A stretch of 64,000 nt of DNA from positions 230,017-294,016 of the forward strand of contig CBDHHL010000048.1 in the NCBI GenBank assembly GCA_965263355.1, in the 5' to 3' direction. The number at the start of each line of letters is the position of its first letter. Position 1 is the stretch's first letter. The notes beneath the pieces are model-generated. The model did not search any database. It had not been told where the DNA came from and saw nothing but the letters and a program-made list of their open reading frames with translations. The stretch comes from Leptolyngbyaceae cyanobacterium (lineage in GTDB: Bacteria; Cyanobacteriota; Cyanobacteriia; Phormidesmidales; Phormidesmidaceae). Shown here piece after piece: positions 33,462 through 42,912 of the stretch. A program made the position numbers and the translations under genes.

Positions 33462-34538
33462 TCACTCTTTCTTCGCCACCCAGTACTTACTCATAAAGTG
33501 GTTCGACACTTCTATATCATGGAACCCTGCTGACTCTAAACGAGCTGTAATGTCATCCGTACTGTAATGGCGATAATAAGGCTCATGGAAAATCGTTTGA
33601 AAGTTTTCCATCATGGGTGCAAACTCAGGTGCATCCAGCTGTTGAATTGAGTCACAAATGACAAACACCCCACCGGGCTTAGTCACACGATAGCATTCAT
33701 CAATTACCGTTTGGCGTACCTCTGCAGGCAACTCATGGAATAAAAAGACACTGACGGTGGCTTCAAAATAATTATCCAAGTAAGGCAAAGCCTCAGCATT
33801 TGCCTGAATTAGCTGAGGCAGAGTACCCACGTCTTTGCTAAGCAGCTCATTGGCTTTGCACAGATAAGTTGGGGATAGGTCTACGCCATGCAGTGACGCC
33901 TGGGGCAAGGTATCGCGAATCATTTTAAGAGTACGACCAGTACCACAGGCAACATCCAACACCTTCGGCATTGGCACTCTCCCATCAATATGCTGCTTAA
34001 GAGGAGCCAAAATACGCCGCCGCATGGGGTCTGCCGACCCATTAAATAAAAGCTCCACCTGCAGATCATAGAGATTAGCCGACATCTCACTCAGGTAGCC
34101 ATCGGTCTGGTGGTGAAAGTTCTGAACGTAATAGCTGGGATAGCCTTCAGTGTTAACTTCAGATCCAAAGTCTTGATAACGCTTCTTGTTTGAACGCTCC
34201 CACACACTGGGGATATCTAACACAACCATGGGATAGTACTTAAAAAAGTCATCCCAAGGATTATCAAACAACAACTCCTTGGGATATATCCCAGCTTCAG
34301 CATCCTGCCAGTCCACTTCAAGCAGTTCATCTACCCGCTGCTTTAGCAGCGCCAGAGTAGTAGCAGGAACTTCAGATGTGCGGCCCGGCTTAACTGGATA
34401 CACAACTTCACGCAGTCGGTTAATGAGAGTTTTATGGGTATATCCAAAGGCTTGTTTGCCTTGCTGAAAGGTTTGGTAAGCAAATTTGGTCAATGTGTCT
34501 GGCATAACTCTGAGCTGTTTTCGATTAGCACTGGCCAC
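33462..34538 (-). CDS. Class I SAM-dependent methyltransferase
   Basis: YYVQNFHHQTDGYLS, VLDVACGTG and VFLFHELP motifs. Confidence 0.88.
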   Translation of the reverse strand: MASANRKQLRVMPDTLTKFAYQTFQQGKQAFGYTHKTLINRLREVVYPVKPGRTSEVPATTLALLKQRVDELLEVDWQDAEAGIYPKELLFDNPWDDFFKYYPMVVLDIPSVWERSNKKRYQDFGSEVNTEGYPSYYVQNFHHQTDGYLSEMSANLYDLQVELLFNGSADPMRRRILAPLKQHIDGRVPMPKVLDVACGTGRTLKMIRDTLPQASLHGVDLSPTYLCKANELLSKDVGTLPQLIQANAEALPYLDNYFEATVSVFLFHELPAEVRQTVIDECYRVTKPGGVFVICDSIQQLDAPEFAPMMENFQTIFHEPYYRHYSTDDITARLESAGFHDIEVSNHFMSKYWVAKKE

Positions 34539-34669
34539 AAAATAATCGTGTGCTAATCATTGTAAAAGTTTATGAAGAATACGGTGGAGGCAAACGGAGG
34601 ATTACGGTCTTATTACTTACGGGAAGCTGCGCTAGTATGTATGGGTTATGAGCAACCACCCTAGAGGAC

Positions 34670-34900
34670 TTGTTAATGAAGCGTCTGGCAATCGATTCCA
34701 CTCAGATGATGCGTCGTACTGAAGACTTGATCAGTGCAGCATCCAATCGCTATCGCATCACTGTCCAGGTGGCAAATCGGGCACAGCGTCGTCGTTTTGA
34801 AGAGTTTGACAACATTGACGAATCCCGCATGAAACCTGTACTGAGGGCGATTGTGGAAATGTCAGATGAACTCACTCAACCTGAAATTATCGGTGAATAA
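34670..34900 (+). CDS. rpoZ: RNA polymerase omega subunit
   Basis: [19 protein letters not shown] and [20 protein letters not shown], the cyanobacterial RpoZ/Ycf61 pattern. Confidence 0.93.
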   Translation: MLMKRLAIDSTQMMRRTEDLISAASNRYRITVQVANRAQRRRFEEFDNIDESRMKPVLRAIVEMSDELTQPEIIGE

Positions 34901-34916
34901 TAGTAGAGTCTGAGGC

Positions 34917-34951
34917 AAACTGGCCTACTGAGCCGATGGGCCAGTTTTTTT
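34917..34951 (+). terminator. Terminator after rpoZ
   Basis: AAACTGGCCTA-loop-TGGGCCAGTTT stem with a T tail. Confidence 0.75.
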
Positions 34952-35007
34952 CAGTATAAATAATTAGCAATCTTTTAATTTATTACTTCGTATTCCTACT
35001 CACTGGT

Positions 35008-35421
35008 ATGGGTAAGCAGATTAAGTTTTGGTTTTTAGCCACCTTAACCACCCTGATGGTCTTGGCTGGCAGTATTTTGCAATTGGGTGAGCCCTTAATA
35101 GCTGCCCAGACTATGCCTACTATTGAAATTGCCAATCAGCTGTATTTAGAATATCCAGACATTCCCAGAGTTCCGTTAGCAAACACGACGTTGCTCAGTC
35201 GATTTATTTATTATCATCTTGAGACTCAAGCGCGTCCGGCCCAGTATCATCTAGATTGGGAGCTTTCTGTAGCTGATTATCTGGATGTCCCTTACGACAA
35301 CAGCAAATTAAATAAATCTGATGTAAGTCTTGTGGACAAGCAAGCGATGAAAGCATTAAGTCTTCAGCAACGTCATGCTCTTGTGCGCAGCCTGGAAAAA
35401 CAGTTCACTCAATGGCGGTAA
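35008..35421 (+). CDS. Hypothetical exported protein
   Basis: N-terminal hydrophobic segment; TLLSRFIYYH and LDWELSVADYL blocks. Confidence 0.7.
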   Translation: MGKQIKFWFLATLTTLMVLAGSILQLGEPLIAAQTMPTIEIANQLYLEYPDIPRVPLANTTLLSRFIYYHLETQARPAQYHLDWELSVADYLDVPYDNSKLNKSDVSLVDKQAMKALSLQQRHALVRSLEKQFTQWR

Positions 35422-35777
35422 TGCTGCGGGAAGGTAAGGGCTGGCGGCTAGGCTGGGACGACCAGCGTGCTCACTTTAAAGGCTTAGTTGGTGGCGAGCA
35501 TTGGTCTTTAGAACTTACCCAAGATGAATTTACAGCGTTATGTCGTCTGGCGCAGCAATTGGCTGAAACTATGGCCAGTATGGCAACCGAACTGATGCCC
35601 GATGAGCACATCACCTGTGAGCAGGAAACCCCTCAGCTTTGGATGGAAGCTGAGGGGTTTCCTCATAGTTACAGTCTGCGATTTATTTTATTGAATGGTC
35701 GAGGCGGAGAAGGCGCATGGCCTTCTAATATCGTGCCAGAGGTGCTGGGGGGATTAGATCGTATCAACGTATTTTGA
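35412..35777 (+). CDS. DUF1818 family protein
   Basis: REGKGWRLGWD, LVGGEHWSLELT and GRGGEGAWP motifs. Confidence 0.8.
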   Translation: MAVMLREGKGWRLGWDDQRAHFKGLVGGEHWSLELTQDEFTALCRLAQQLAETMASMATELMPDEHITCEQETPQLWMEAEGFPHSYSLRFILLNGRGGEGAWPSNIVPEVLGGLDRINVF

Positions 35778-35871
35778 TATCGACGTTGGCCCCTTGCTTT
35801 ACACTGGGCAAATGCATGGGAAATCTACTGAATACTATTGTTTCCTACTTTAGCTATCAGGGTAAAAATGT

Positions 35872-37050
35872 ATGAAAAAACTCAAGGTCGTTAGCGACAC
35901 ACAATTTAAACAACGTCCTGTTCTATCCAGTGATTTATCGAGGCAGGAAAAAGTATTCGTTGCTAACGGAACAGAATTTGATTTAAGTAAGTTAGACATT
36001 GTCCGCAATGGCCATTTTAAGGTAACTCTAGCGAAACCACTGGGGCCAGAGATGCAAACGGATTGGTACGTCTATAAACCGGATGCCAGGGTCTATGACA
36101 CTAAAATTAAGCTGACGGTACAGAGCGATACGCTGTTTAAACAGCGACCTGTGTTGTCTAATCAGCTCAGCGATCGCGAAAAGGTATTTGTACCAAATAG
36201 TACTGAGTATTATCTGCAGTCCTATTTACCGGCAGAGGGGCAACATATTAAGGTTGCGATCGCAAACGCCTTTCTCGGTCCTGAAAACCGCACCGTCTGG
36301 TACGTCTACAAGCCTGATATCCGCATTATTGGCGACACCATTACCCTCACCGTTGCCAGCGACACCCTGTTCAAAACATCGCCCAAAATGTCGTCCCAGC
36401 TGGGCAGTCAGGATAAAGTCTTCGTTAAAAACACTACTGAACTAGAGCTAGTTAGTCATGAACTCGCCCCAGCCAACCATGTCAAAATAGAGCTGGCAGA
36501 ACCCAATTTTAACAATCGTCCTGAACTGATCTGGTATGCCTACAAACCAGACATTGAAATTGAGGGTAATGAAGCAGATAACCAGCCCAAAAATGAAACG
36601 CCACGGCCAAAACCGAGTGGTCCTTATATTAAACTGCCAGGGTTTCGAGGAAACTTCTACCTGTCAAACCCGATTATTCCCAACGGTCACTTTACCTGGG
36701 GCGAAGCCACCCACGGCGGCAGTCGAATTCCTGTCAATCGAAATGTAGTCTATGGCATCATACGCATCGCCCGCGTGATGGAAGAAGTCCGTAACCAACT
36801 AGGCGGAAGGCCGATTACAATTAACTCCTGGTATCGTGATCCAGTTACCAATCGCCGCGTTGGCGGGGCCAGTCGTTCAAGACACCTATCCGGCGATGCA
36901 GTTGATTTTGTCGCCCCAGGTATTCATCCCTACGATGTATATGATCGGCTAAATCGCTGGTGGGGCTCTAAGGGTGGCTTGGCCAGCGCTACGGTGTTTA
37001 CCCACATCGATACCCGTGGCTACTATGCCCGCTGGAGCTATGGTTTTTAA
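35872..37050 (+). CDS. Peptidase M15A (D-Ala-D-Ala peptidase) with three N-terminal ~77-aa repeats
   Basis: Three SDT.FK..P..S..L....KVFV repeats; INSWYR, SRHLSGDAVD and FTHIDTR zinc-peptidase motifs. Confidence 0.88.
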   Translation: MKKLKVVSDTQFKQRPVLSSDLSRQEKVFVANGTEFDLSKLDIVRNGHFKVTLAKPLGPEMQTDWYVYKPDARVYDTKIKLTVQSDTLFKQRPVLSNQLSDREKVFVPNSTEYYLQSYLPAEGQHIKVAIANAFLGPENRTVWYVYKPDIRIIGDTITLTVASDTLFKTSPKMSSQLGSQDKVFVKNTTELELVSHELAPANHVKIELAEPNFNNRPELIWYAYKPDIEIEGNEADNQPKNETPRPKPSGPYIKLPGFRGNFYLSNPIIPNGHFTWGEATHGGSRIPVNRNVVYGIIRIARVMEEVRNQLGGRPITINSWYRDPVTNRRVGGASRSRHLSGDAVDFVAPGIHPYDVYDRLNRWWGSKGGLASATVFTHIDTRGYYARWSYGF

Positions 37051-37179
37051 GGTTCTTCTGCCAACATGATGCGTCAGCTGAACCTATAGTTACCCTGTGA
37101 TTAGGGTGTTCGATTACACCAAATACAGGGTAGCGATACTCTAAGCTTATGCTATGCTAGTCAAGCGTTAAAAACGCAT

Positions 37180-37253
37180 CGGGGCGTAGCGCAGCTTGGT
37201 AGCGCACTACTTTGGGGTAGTAGGGGTCGTGGGTTCAAATCCCGCCGCTCCGA
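37180..37253 (+). tRNA. tRNA-Pro (anticodon GGG); probable integration site
   Basis: Acceptor stem CGGGGCG/CGCTCCG, anticodon arm CTACT-TTGGGGT-AGTAG, T-loop GGTTCAAATCC; an integrase gene follows. Confidence 0.97.
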
Positions 37254-37398
37254 TTGATTGAAAACCGCTAGTTACAGCGGTTTTCGCGTTTTAAACCCCA
37301 GGCCATTCAGTGGGGATGACGTGGGTAGTAACGTGACTGAAAGTGTCATTTACACGTCAGAATATGACATCATAAGGCCGGAATTTGATAGGACAAAA

Positions 37399-38493
37399 AT
37401 GGCCAGAGCACTCAGAGGGAGCGTTCAAACTGAATTAGATCGCGGTTGGTTGCGTTTGCGATGGACGTACAAAAAACAGCGATATTATTTGTCTCTTGGC
37501 TTGCCCGATAGCGTGGTGAACCGTCGATTAGCTCAAGCAAAAGCTGATGTCATTCAGGCTGACATTAATGCAGGTCACTTCGATCCATCCCTACTCCGTT
37601 ACAAGGGCGAAGAAATTACCGCGATCACAGTCGTTGAACTATTTGAAAAATACATTGCCTGGAAACGACGACAAATATCAAAGCGCTCCCTTGATAAATA
37701 TCTAGGTTTAACACCCCGACTATCCCAGTATTTCAAAGCTCGCAAGGCTTCCGCCATTACCGAAGACCAGGCCCTAGACTTTCGAGACTGGCTTTTAACC
37801 CTAGTGGCCACGGCCACGGCCAGGGAACGACTCGGCATGATTCGCTCTTGCTGGACATGGGCCATCAATAAGAAAGTATTGACCGACAACCCTTGGGAGA
37901 ACGTCAGAATCAAGGCAGCACCACGACCACGGCCACGGCCATTCACTCAAGAAGAATACGCCCAAATACTTGACGGATTTCAAAAACTTCATCCTGACTA
38001 TGCCGATTTTGTGGCCTTTGTTATGAGCATTGGGTGTCGACTCGGTGAAGCTGCAGGCCTTCGATGGGGACACTTATCAGATGACTGCTCAAAAATTTGG
38101 ATCGGTGAAAGCTGGGGAAGAGGGGAGCGTAAACCGACCAAAACCTATAAAGATAGGGCGTTTCAGCTATCTGCAGAGTTAACAGCAATGTTACACCGGC
38201 GCAAACCTGCCAGCGCTGGCAATGATGATCTAGTATTCACGGCTGCCAATGGTGGCCCTATCGATGATCACAATTTTCGCCGTCGTTATTGGACTCCGGT
38301 ACTGGAATCAGTCGGGGTACCCTACCGAAAGCCATACAGTATGAGGCATTCATTTATTTCTCAAGCTGTTGATCAGGGATGGAGTATTAGCGAAATATCT
38401 AGCATTACCGGCAACAGTGAAGAGACTATCTTGAGAAACTATACAGGAGGGGTAAAAGGAACAACAAAATTACGGTCTGTTTGGGCTCAGTAA
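37399..38493 (+). CDS. Tyrosine recombinase/integrase with N-terminal arm-binding domain
   Basis: GWLRLRW...RYYLSLGL arm domain; catalytic GCRLGE (R), PTKT (K), YSMRH and RNY (Y); ATG 37399 preferred over TTG 37258. Confidence 0.93.
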   Translation: MARALRGSVQTELDRGWLRLRWTYKKQRYYLSLGLPDSVVNRRLAQAKADVIQADINAGHFDPSLLRYKGEEITAITVVELFEKYIAWKRRQISKRSLDKYLGLTPRLSQYFKARKASAITEDQALDFRDWLLTLVATATARERLGMIRSCWTWAINKKVLTDNPWENVRIKAAPRPRPRPFTQEEYAQILDGFQKLHPDYADFVAFVMSIGCRLGEAAGLRWGHLSDDCSKIWIGESWGRGERKPTKTYKDRAFQLSAELTAMLHRRKPASAGNDDLVFTAANGGPIDDHNFRRRYWTPVLESVGVPYRKPYSMRHSFISQAVDQGWSISEISSITGNSEETILRNYTGGVKGTTKLRSVWAQ

Positions 38494-38507
38494 ATGTAAC
38501 AGTCATC

Positions 38508-38852
38508 TTATGCACTGCGCTTTTGCTGAGTACTAGGCAACGTCTTACACCATTTTTCAATAGCTCGTTGATGGGCGCGTGGATCTTGTTTATTAACTTG
38601 CCAATCCCTGATAAGAGAAAGGTTATAGGTTACTCTACGTCCTTCACGATGGTAATGAACCCCCTCGATCCAATCCTCATGATGACGGGCAACAGTTCGA
38701 GCCGACACACCTAAGACAGCAGCTGCAGCTTTTTGATCACCCTTTTCGGGTAACTGCTGTTCTTCCAGAGCCGTCGCAATCCTCTCCTGAGCGAGAGCCT
38801 GTCTTTCTAGTGCAGTTGCCACCCTCACCAACACATCCAACAGCTTAAGCAT
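38508..38852 (-). CDS. Excisionase-like HTH protein
   Basis: AAAAVLGVSARTVARH HTH followed by WIEGVHY..EGRRVTYNL wing; convergent with the integrase. Confidence 0.65.
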   Translation of the reverse strand: MLKLLDVLVRVATALERQALAQERIATALEEQQLPEKGDQKAAAAVLGVSARTVARHHEDWIEGVHYHREGRRVTYNLSLIRDWQVNKQDPRAHQRAIEKWCKTLPSTQQKRSA

Positions 38853-39081
38853 ATGGTCCCCCCCGTGTTAGTTCCTCTGTCAACAATCGCCCTAATGAGA
38901 GCAACCTTTCATCATCAAGCATCGTCAGTAACTGGTAGGTGGTCGCCATCTGCTCATAGTCAAACCCCGTTGCCGTCAGCCAACTGCACAAACGCTGATG
39001 AAACACATCAGGATTGGCCCGCTGAAAGATTGAAGTTAAGACTATGGGCTCTGATAAGTCGAAAACAGGCAAGTTATCCAC
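38845..39081 (-). CDS. Hypothetical protein
   Basis: 78-aa ORF tightly coupled to both neighbours (2-nt gap upstream, 8-nt overlap downstream). Confidence 0.65.
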   Translation of the reverse strand: MDNLPVFDLSEPIVLTSIFQRANPDVFHQRLCSWLTATGFDYEQMATTYQLLTMLDDERLLSLGRLLTEELTRGGPYA

Positions 39082-39083
39082 AG

Positions 39084-40475
39084 CTACACCCCCTCAAATC
39101 CCTGTGGATATCCCCTCTCTCCCCCTGGAACCCCCTCTACTCCCCTGGGTAATAGATTTTTGGGGAGGTCCGTCACGGGTACACACCTCAGTAATGGGGG
39201 CAAGGTGTGTAATGCTCCATTTAGCAAAGGGTTCAGCGGATCGTGTTGCCTTTCGTTACAATCCGATTTGATGGGTGAAACCGGCTCTGGCTGAGGCATT
39301 ACACACCATTGGTCAGGATGCCAGAGATCTAAATTTTTATACAAAGTTTGGGCGCTGGTATGGGCCAACTTGCACAATTGGGCTAGCCGGTGCGATACCG
39401 TATCCGCTAACTCCCCCAACTTGGCTAGGTGCGTAACCGCCTGTTGGATCCTCCGTCTGGCATCGTCGCGGCGTTCTCCGTTGATGTCATGAGTAGTGTT
39501 GACTTTCCGATTGGGTTCGGTGCCCAGTGGCCAATAAAACTTGGTTGCCCACCGAGCCCAACTTTTTGCCTTTTTGGGTATCTCTAACTGGTGGTTGCAA
39601 TGTTCCTGATAGCCATCACGGCTATAGGCCATTTGCTCGATGTAGATGGAAAGCTCATCATCACCGAGCCCCTCAAAGACGCGGCCATAGGTGGCGATCG
39701 CACGCAATAACGAGTTAGTTTGTCCGGCCCCTGTCCATCCAGACTCCAACTCATGACGTAGGTCATTGAGCCATAACTCAACCTTGCCGGTTCGTTGTCG
39801 CCGTCGTTTACGCTGTAACTCTCTACCCTGCTCTAACGCTGGTTGCAACAACTCCATATCTTGAGCCTTGCAACAAAAATCCCACTGCCAAAAGAACCGC
39901 TCCAAACTTCCAGCCGTGGGATTTAAGTTGTGGTCCAGTAGGCAGCTGCCCGAGCCAGGCTGCAAGGGTAGCCGGTGGCCATTGTATTCCGTGATCTCCC
40001 ACGGCCTAGCATATGGCTTGATATTCGGAAAAAGTTCACACTGACCGGGCTTGATCGCGATTCCCTGAGAGTCTAGGGTATGTTTCAGTGAACAAGCCAA
40101 CGAAAACGATGACACTAAATCAGGTAACGGATAGTAAAGATGCCATCCTCCCGACCAGGATGATCGGACCAGTACGCTACGGACCAGGCCGATCATCTCC
40201 AGAGCATCCTGGATAGCTTTTAATCCATCAGGGGTGTGATAATCACTGCCCACATCGATGTCAATCATGGCGTAGTTAGTTTGGTTGCCAAACCGCACGC
40301 CGATGATGGTTGCTGCATCCTGCCACCTGGCCCATAAAGACCGAGGGCGCATTGGGTATTTATTGGTTTGCCAATCACCTCCTGACTCTGGACGTTCTAT
40401 GGTTTGCCATTTGTAACTAAAGGTTGAGGTGAGCCGTCTGCCCTGAGCGTTTTCTGGATGTGGGTCGATAAGCAT
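39084..40475 (-). CDS. Putative primase-polymerase (AEP superfamily) replication protein
   Basis: hhhDhD motif (YAMIDID), SxxGxH motif (SSWSGGWHLY), ELFP and RLP blocks; PriCT-like helical region (GQTNSLL); C-terminal HTH-like TSAQTLYK. Confidence 0.7.
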   Translation of the reverse strand: MLIDPHPENAQGRRLTSTFSYKWQTIERPESGGDWQTNKYPMRPRSLWARWQDAATIIGVRFGNQTNYAMIDIDVGSDYHTPDGLKAIQDALEMIGLVRSVLVRSSWSGGWHLYYPLPDLVSSFSLACSLKHTLDSQGIAIKPGQCELFPNIKPYARPWEITEYNGHRLPLQPGSGSCLLDHNLNPTAGSLERFFWQWDFCCKAQDMELLQPALEQGRELQRKRRRQRTGKVELWLNDLRHELESGWTGAGQTNSLLRAIATYGRVFEGLGDDELSIYIEQMAYSRDGYQEHCNHQLEIPKKAKSWARWATKFYWPLGTEPNRKVNTTHDINGERRDDARRRIQQAVTHLAKLGELADTVSHRLAQLCKLAHTSAQTLYKNLDLWHPDQWCVMPQPEPVSPIKSDCNERQHDPLNPLLNGALHTLPPLLRCVPVTDLPKNLLPRGVEGVPGGERGYPQGFEGV

Positions 40476-40647
40476 TGTAGATACACATAAAAAGTCCTCG
40501 GCACCATGGGGTGAATGGTACGTATGTATGTTCGGAAGCCTTTACACACGGGGGTTGTGTGAATTGAGACAATAGACATGTAGCCGGAACGCTTGGAACC
40601 CGACCCGCCTACATGCCGTTATTGGAGAGCTAGCTCTCGCAAAAAAA

Positions 40648-40688
40648 AGAATACAGACGTTGACGTCCGACGTCAACGTCTGTATTCT
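40648..40688. promoter_or_regulatory. Perfect 20-bp inverted repeat (operator or origin candidate)
   Basis: AGAATACAGACGTTGACGTC-C-GACGTCAACGTCTGTATTCT, between the divergent rep and HTH genes. Confidence 0.7.
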
Positions 40689-40745
40689 GAGTTTTAATTA
40701 GCTGAGTAAAATCAACTAAGCGAGAGTTGGCTTCTATAGAAGCCA

Positions 40746-40973
40746 ATGAAATCAACAAAAAACGAAAAATTCGTGAATAAGCTAAAGGAGCTGAATGTAA
40801 AACCTGAAGTTATTGCTGTTGCTTTAAATAAAACCGCTGATTCAGTTCGGCGTTGGCAAAGTGGAAAACATAAGCCCAGGCTTACACCAGAAGAATCAGC
40901 TACTCTCTGTGATTTGCTTGAGGTTTCAATCCATGAATTAGCGGATCTTTTCCGTTCTACAGAAGATTCGTAG
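40746..40973 (+). CDS. XRE/Cro-family HTH regulator
   Basis: IAVALNKTADSVRRWQSGKHKPRLT motif. Confidence 0.85.
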   Translation: MKSTKNEKFVNKLKELNVKPEVIAVALNKTADSVRRWQSGKHKPRLTPEESATLCDLLEVSIHELADLFRSTEDS

Positions 40974-40980
40974 TTATGCC

Positions 40981-41238
40981 ATGACAAGTTCAAAGAACAA
41001 GCAAACATTCGTGAGGTTACGAATCAATGCCGGACTAACTCAAAGGCAAGTTGCTAAAGCTTTAGGAGTTACCGAGACAACTATAAGAAATTGGGAATCC
41101 GGTCTCAGAGAGCCAAAGCCTTCCTTTTCTGTAACCGAAAAATTAATGGAGCTATATAACTGCTCCATTAATGATTTGGTGAAAGCAGTAGAGGAAGCAC
41201 AAGTCGAAAGAAAGCAAAAAGCTCAGTCAATAAAATAG
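40981..41238 (+). CDS. XRE-family HTH regulator
   Basis: LRINAGLTQRQVAKALGVTETTIRNWESGLREP motif. Confidence 0.92.
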   Translation: MTSSKNKQTFVRLRINAGLTQRQVAKALGVTETTIRNWESGLREPKPSFSVTEKLMELYNCSINDLVKAVEEAQVERKQKAQSIK

Positions 41239-41469
41239 CTACAAGGGCTGTTGAGCGACACGTATAACTATCTCTTACATCTCACTAAAACAGGTTGCAC
41301 ATAGTTGCAACACTGTTTTTGATGTCAATTTTTGACGTGGGCACAGGGCTCAACCCACGAGACCCTGCACCCACCTAGTACGTTGCACCAACAACGCACC
41401 AGCCCCATCACCATTATGCCACCTTAAACCAAAACCATACATCCAAATTCACGTACAGATCGCACCCCC

Positions 41470-41766
41470 GTGTGGTCACTGTTTCTAGTGCCAATTTTTC
41501 AAACTATGCAACAACAATTAACAACCATCGCATCACCACGCTTTAGCCAAGCCCTTAAGCGGATCTGGGAACCGCTCAAAACCAAACGCCATGAACTAAA
41601 AGCCATCGAGGGTATGGACATTCTGTTTATCCCAGAGAAACAACTCGCCTTTGTAGCCGTGGGTAACAATCCCGTCAAACGCTACTCAGTCAGTAGTGCA
41701 GACGCTGCATTAAATGCCCACAAAGCACAGCTGTTAATAACCCCATTGCTTCAACCAGCCACCTAA
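41470..41766 (+). CDS. Hypothetical protein
   Basis: ORF track; the real start may be the downstream ATG (MQQQLTT). Confidence 0.55.
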   Translation: MWSLFLVPIFQTMQQQLTTIASPRFSQALKRIWEPLKTKRHELKAIEGMDILFIPEKQLAFVAVGNNPVKRYSVSSADAALNAHKAQLLITPLLQPAT

Positions 41767-41774
41767 TCTCTCAC

Positions 41775-41904
41775 GGGCGTTCAGCTTCTGAACAGTTCCT
41801 GAACGCCCCAGAACGCCCAAATGACAAGCATCTGAACAAAATAAGCGTTCACAGACCCGTTCAAACTGTTCAAACTCTGTTCTAGTACTGTTCAGGAGTG
41901 TTCA
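41775..41904. repeat. Array of GTTCA/TGAAC pentamers
   Basis: Nine exact copies (41779, 41789, 41800, 41833, 41847, 41859, 41868, 41890, 41900) plus three GTTC variants in ~130 bp. Confidence 0.8.
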
Positions 41905-41906
41905 CA

Positions 41907-42461
41907 ATGCCTCAATCACTCAGTTCTTGGGCCAAAGACAATAAAATAGCCAAAGGAACCGTTCACGCCAAAGCAAAAGACCTCGGTATAGATACCAGCA
42001 ACGGCCTTTCAGACGATGCTATTGAGCAGCTATCAGAAGCCTTTAACCTGGTCACATCAACCAATGACTTACCTGATCAACAAATAACCATCAATACTGG
42101 TAACCATCGGATTCCAGGGCAGCTGGCCACAGTCAAGAGCCACGTTGATCTAGGTTATTTGCGCGAAGGCTCAGAAATGACCACCTTCACGACTCAGGAT
42201 CTCGACAAAGTGGATGCAGCTATAGAGCTAATTGGCGGTGTGCTGGATAAAGTAGACCAGGATGTAAATTACCAAATAGAGCACTTACAAAAGACTCAGC
42301 AAGCCAGCAACAACTTAAACCGAAAAGTAGATACCCTAAAGCGTCGTAGCGACCAGTACAAGACCGAATCGAAAATGATCGGACTCATGCAGGGAAACGC
42401 AGCAAAGGACCTACAACAAGCAATGCAAGATCTACAAAATCTCGTAAATCCAGACTCTTAA
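41907..42461 (+). CDS. HTH plus coiled-coil protein
   Basis: AGGAG RBS then ATG 41907; SLSSWAKDNKIAKGTVHAKAKDLG HTH-like N-terminus and a Q/K/L-rich heptad C-terminus. Confidence 0.7.
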   Translation: MPQSLSSWAKDNKIAKGTVHAKAKDLGIDTSNGLSDDAIEQLSEAFNLVTSTNDLPDQQITINTGNHRIPGQLATVKSHVDLGYLREGSEMTTFTTQDLDKVDAAIELIGGVLDKVDQDVNYQIEHLQKTQQASNNLNRKVDTLKRRSDQYKTESKMIGLMQGNAAKDLQQAMQDLQNLVNPDS

Positions 42462-42492
42462 CCTTTCTGCTCACATTTTTGTTTAGGCGACA

Positions 42493-42909
42493 ATGACAAC
42501 AAAACTTAAACTCCTCAAAACAGTTCCCTTAGATCTGGCCCTACTGCTCAGCCTTACCAGCTGCACCGACGTCATAACCGATGTCATCAATGACATCACC
42601 AACGCGTTTACTAGTGAAGCGATCGCCGTAGGCCAGCAAACCGGCCTAGTCGCCCACGGCCAGGGACCAGGCCCTGACGCCTTCCATATGGTAGGCAGCG
42701 CTGGTCAGCTCAGCACCGCCCAAACCACAACGCTATTGCATCTCAGTTGGCCCCAATCCCATCAGGCCATCGAGAGCGCCCTAGGGTATCCACATACCCG
42801 CGCTACCTACGCGGACTATTACACCCTACCCAACGGCCACACAGCAACGATTTATTACTCCGGTGGAAACGCCACCGGCTATTCATTAGGTGACTCAGGA
42901 GTTGAATAA
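42493..42909 (+). CDS. Putative lipoprotein
   Basis: Basic N-terminus, hydrophobic stretch and lipobox-like LTSC. Confidence 0.6.
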   Translation: MTTKLKLLKTVPLDLALLLSLTSCTDVITDVINDITNAFTSEAIAVGQQTGLVAHGQGPGPDAFHMVGSAGQLSTAQTTTLLHLSWPQSHQAIESALGYPHTRATYADYYTLPNGHTATIYYSGGNATGYSLGDSGVE

Positions 42910-42912
42910 AAC

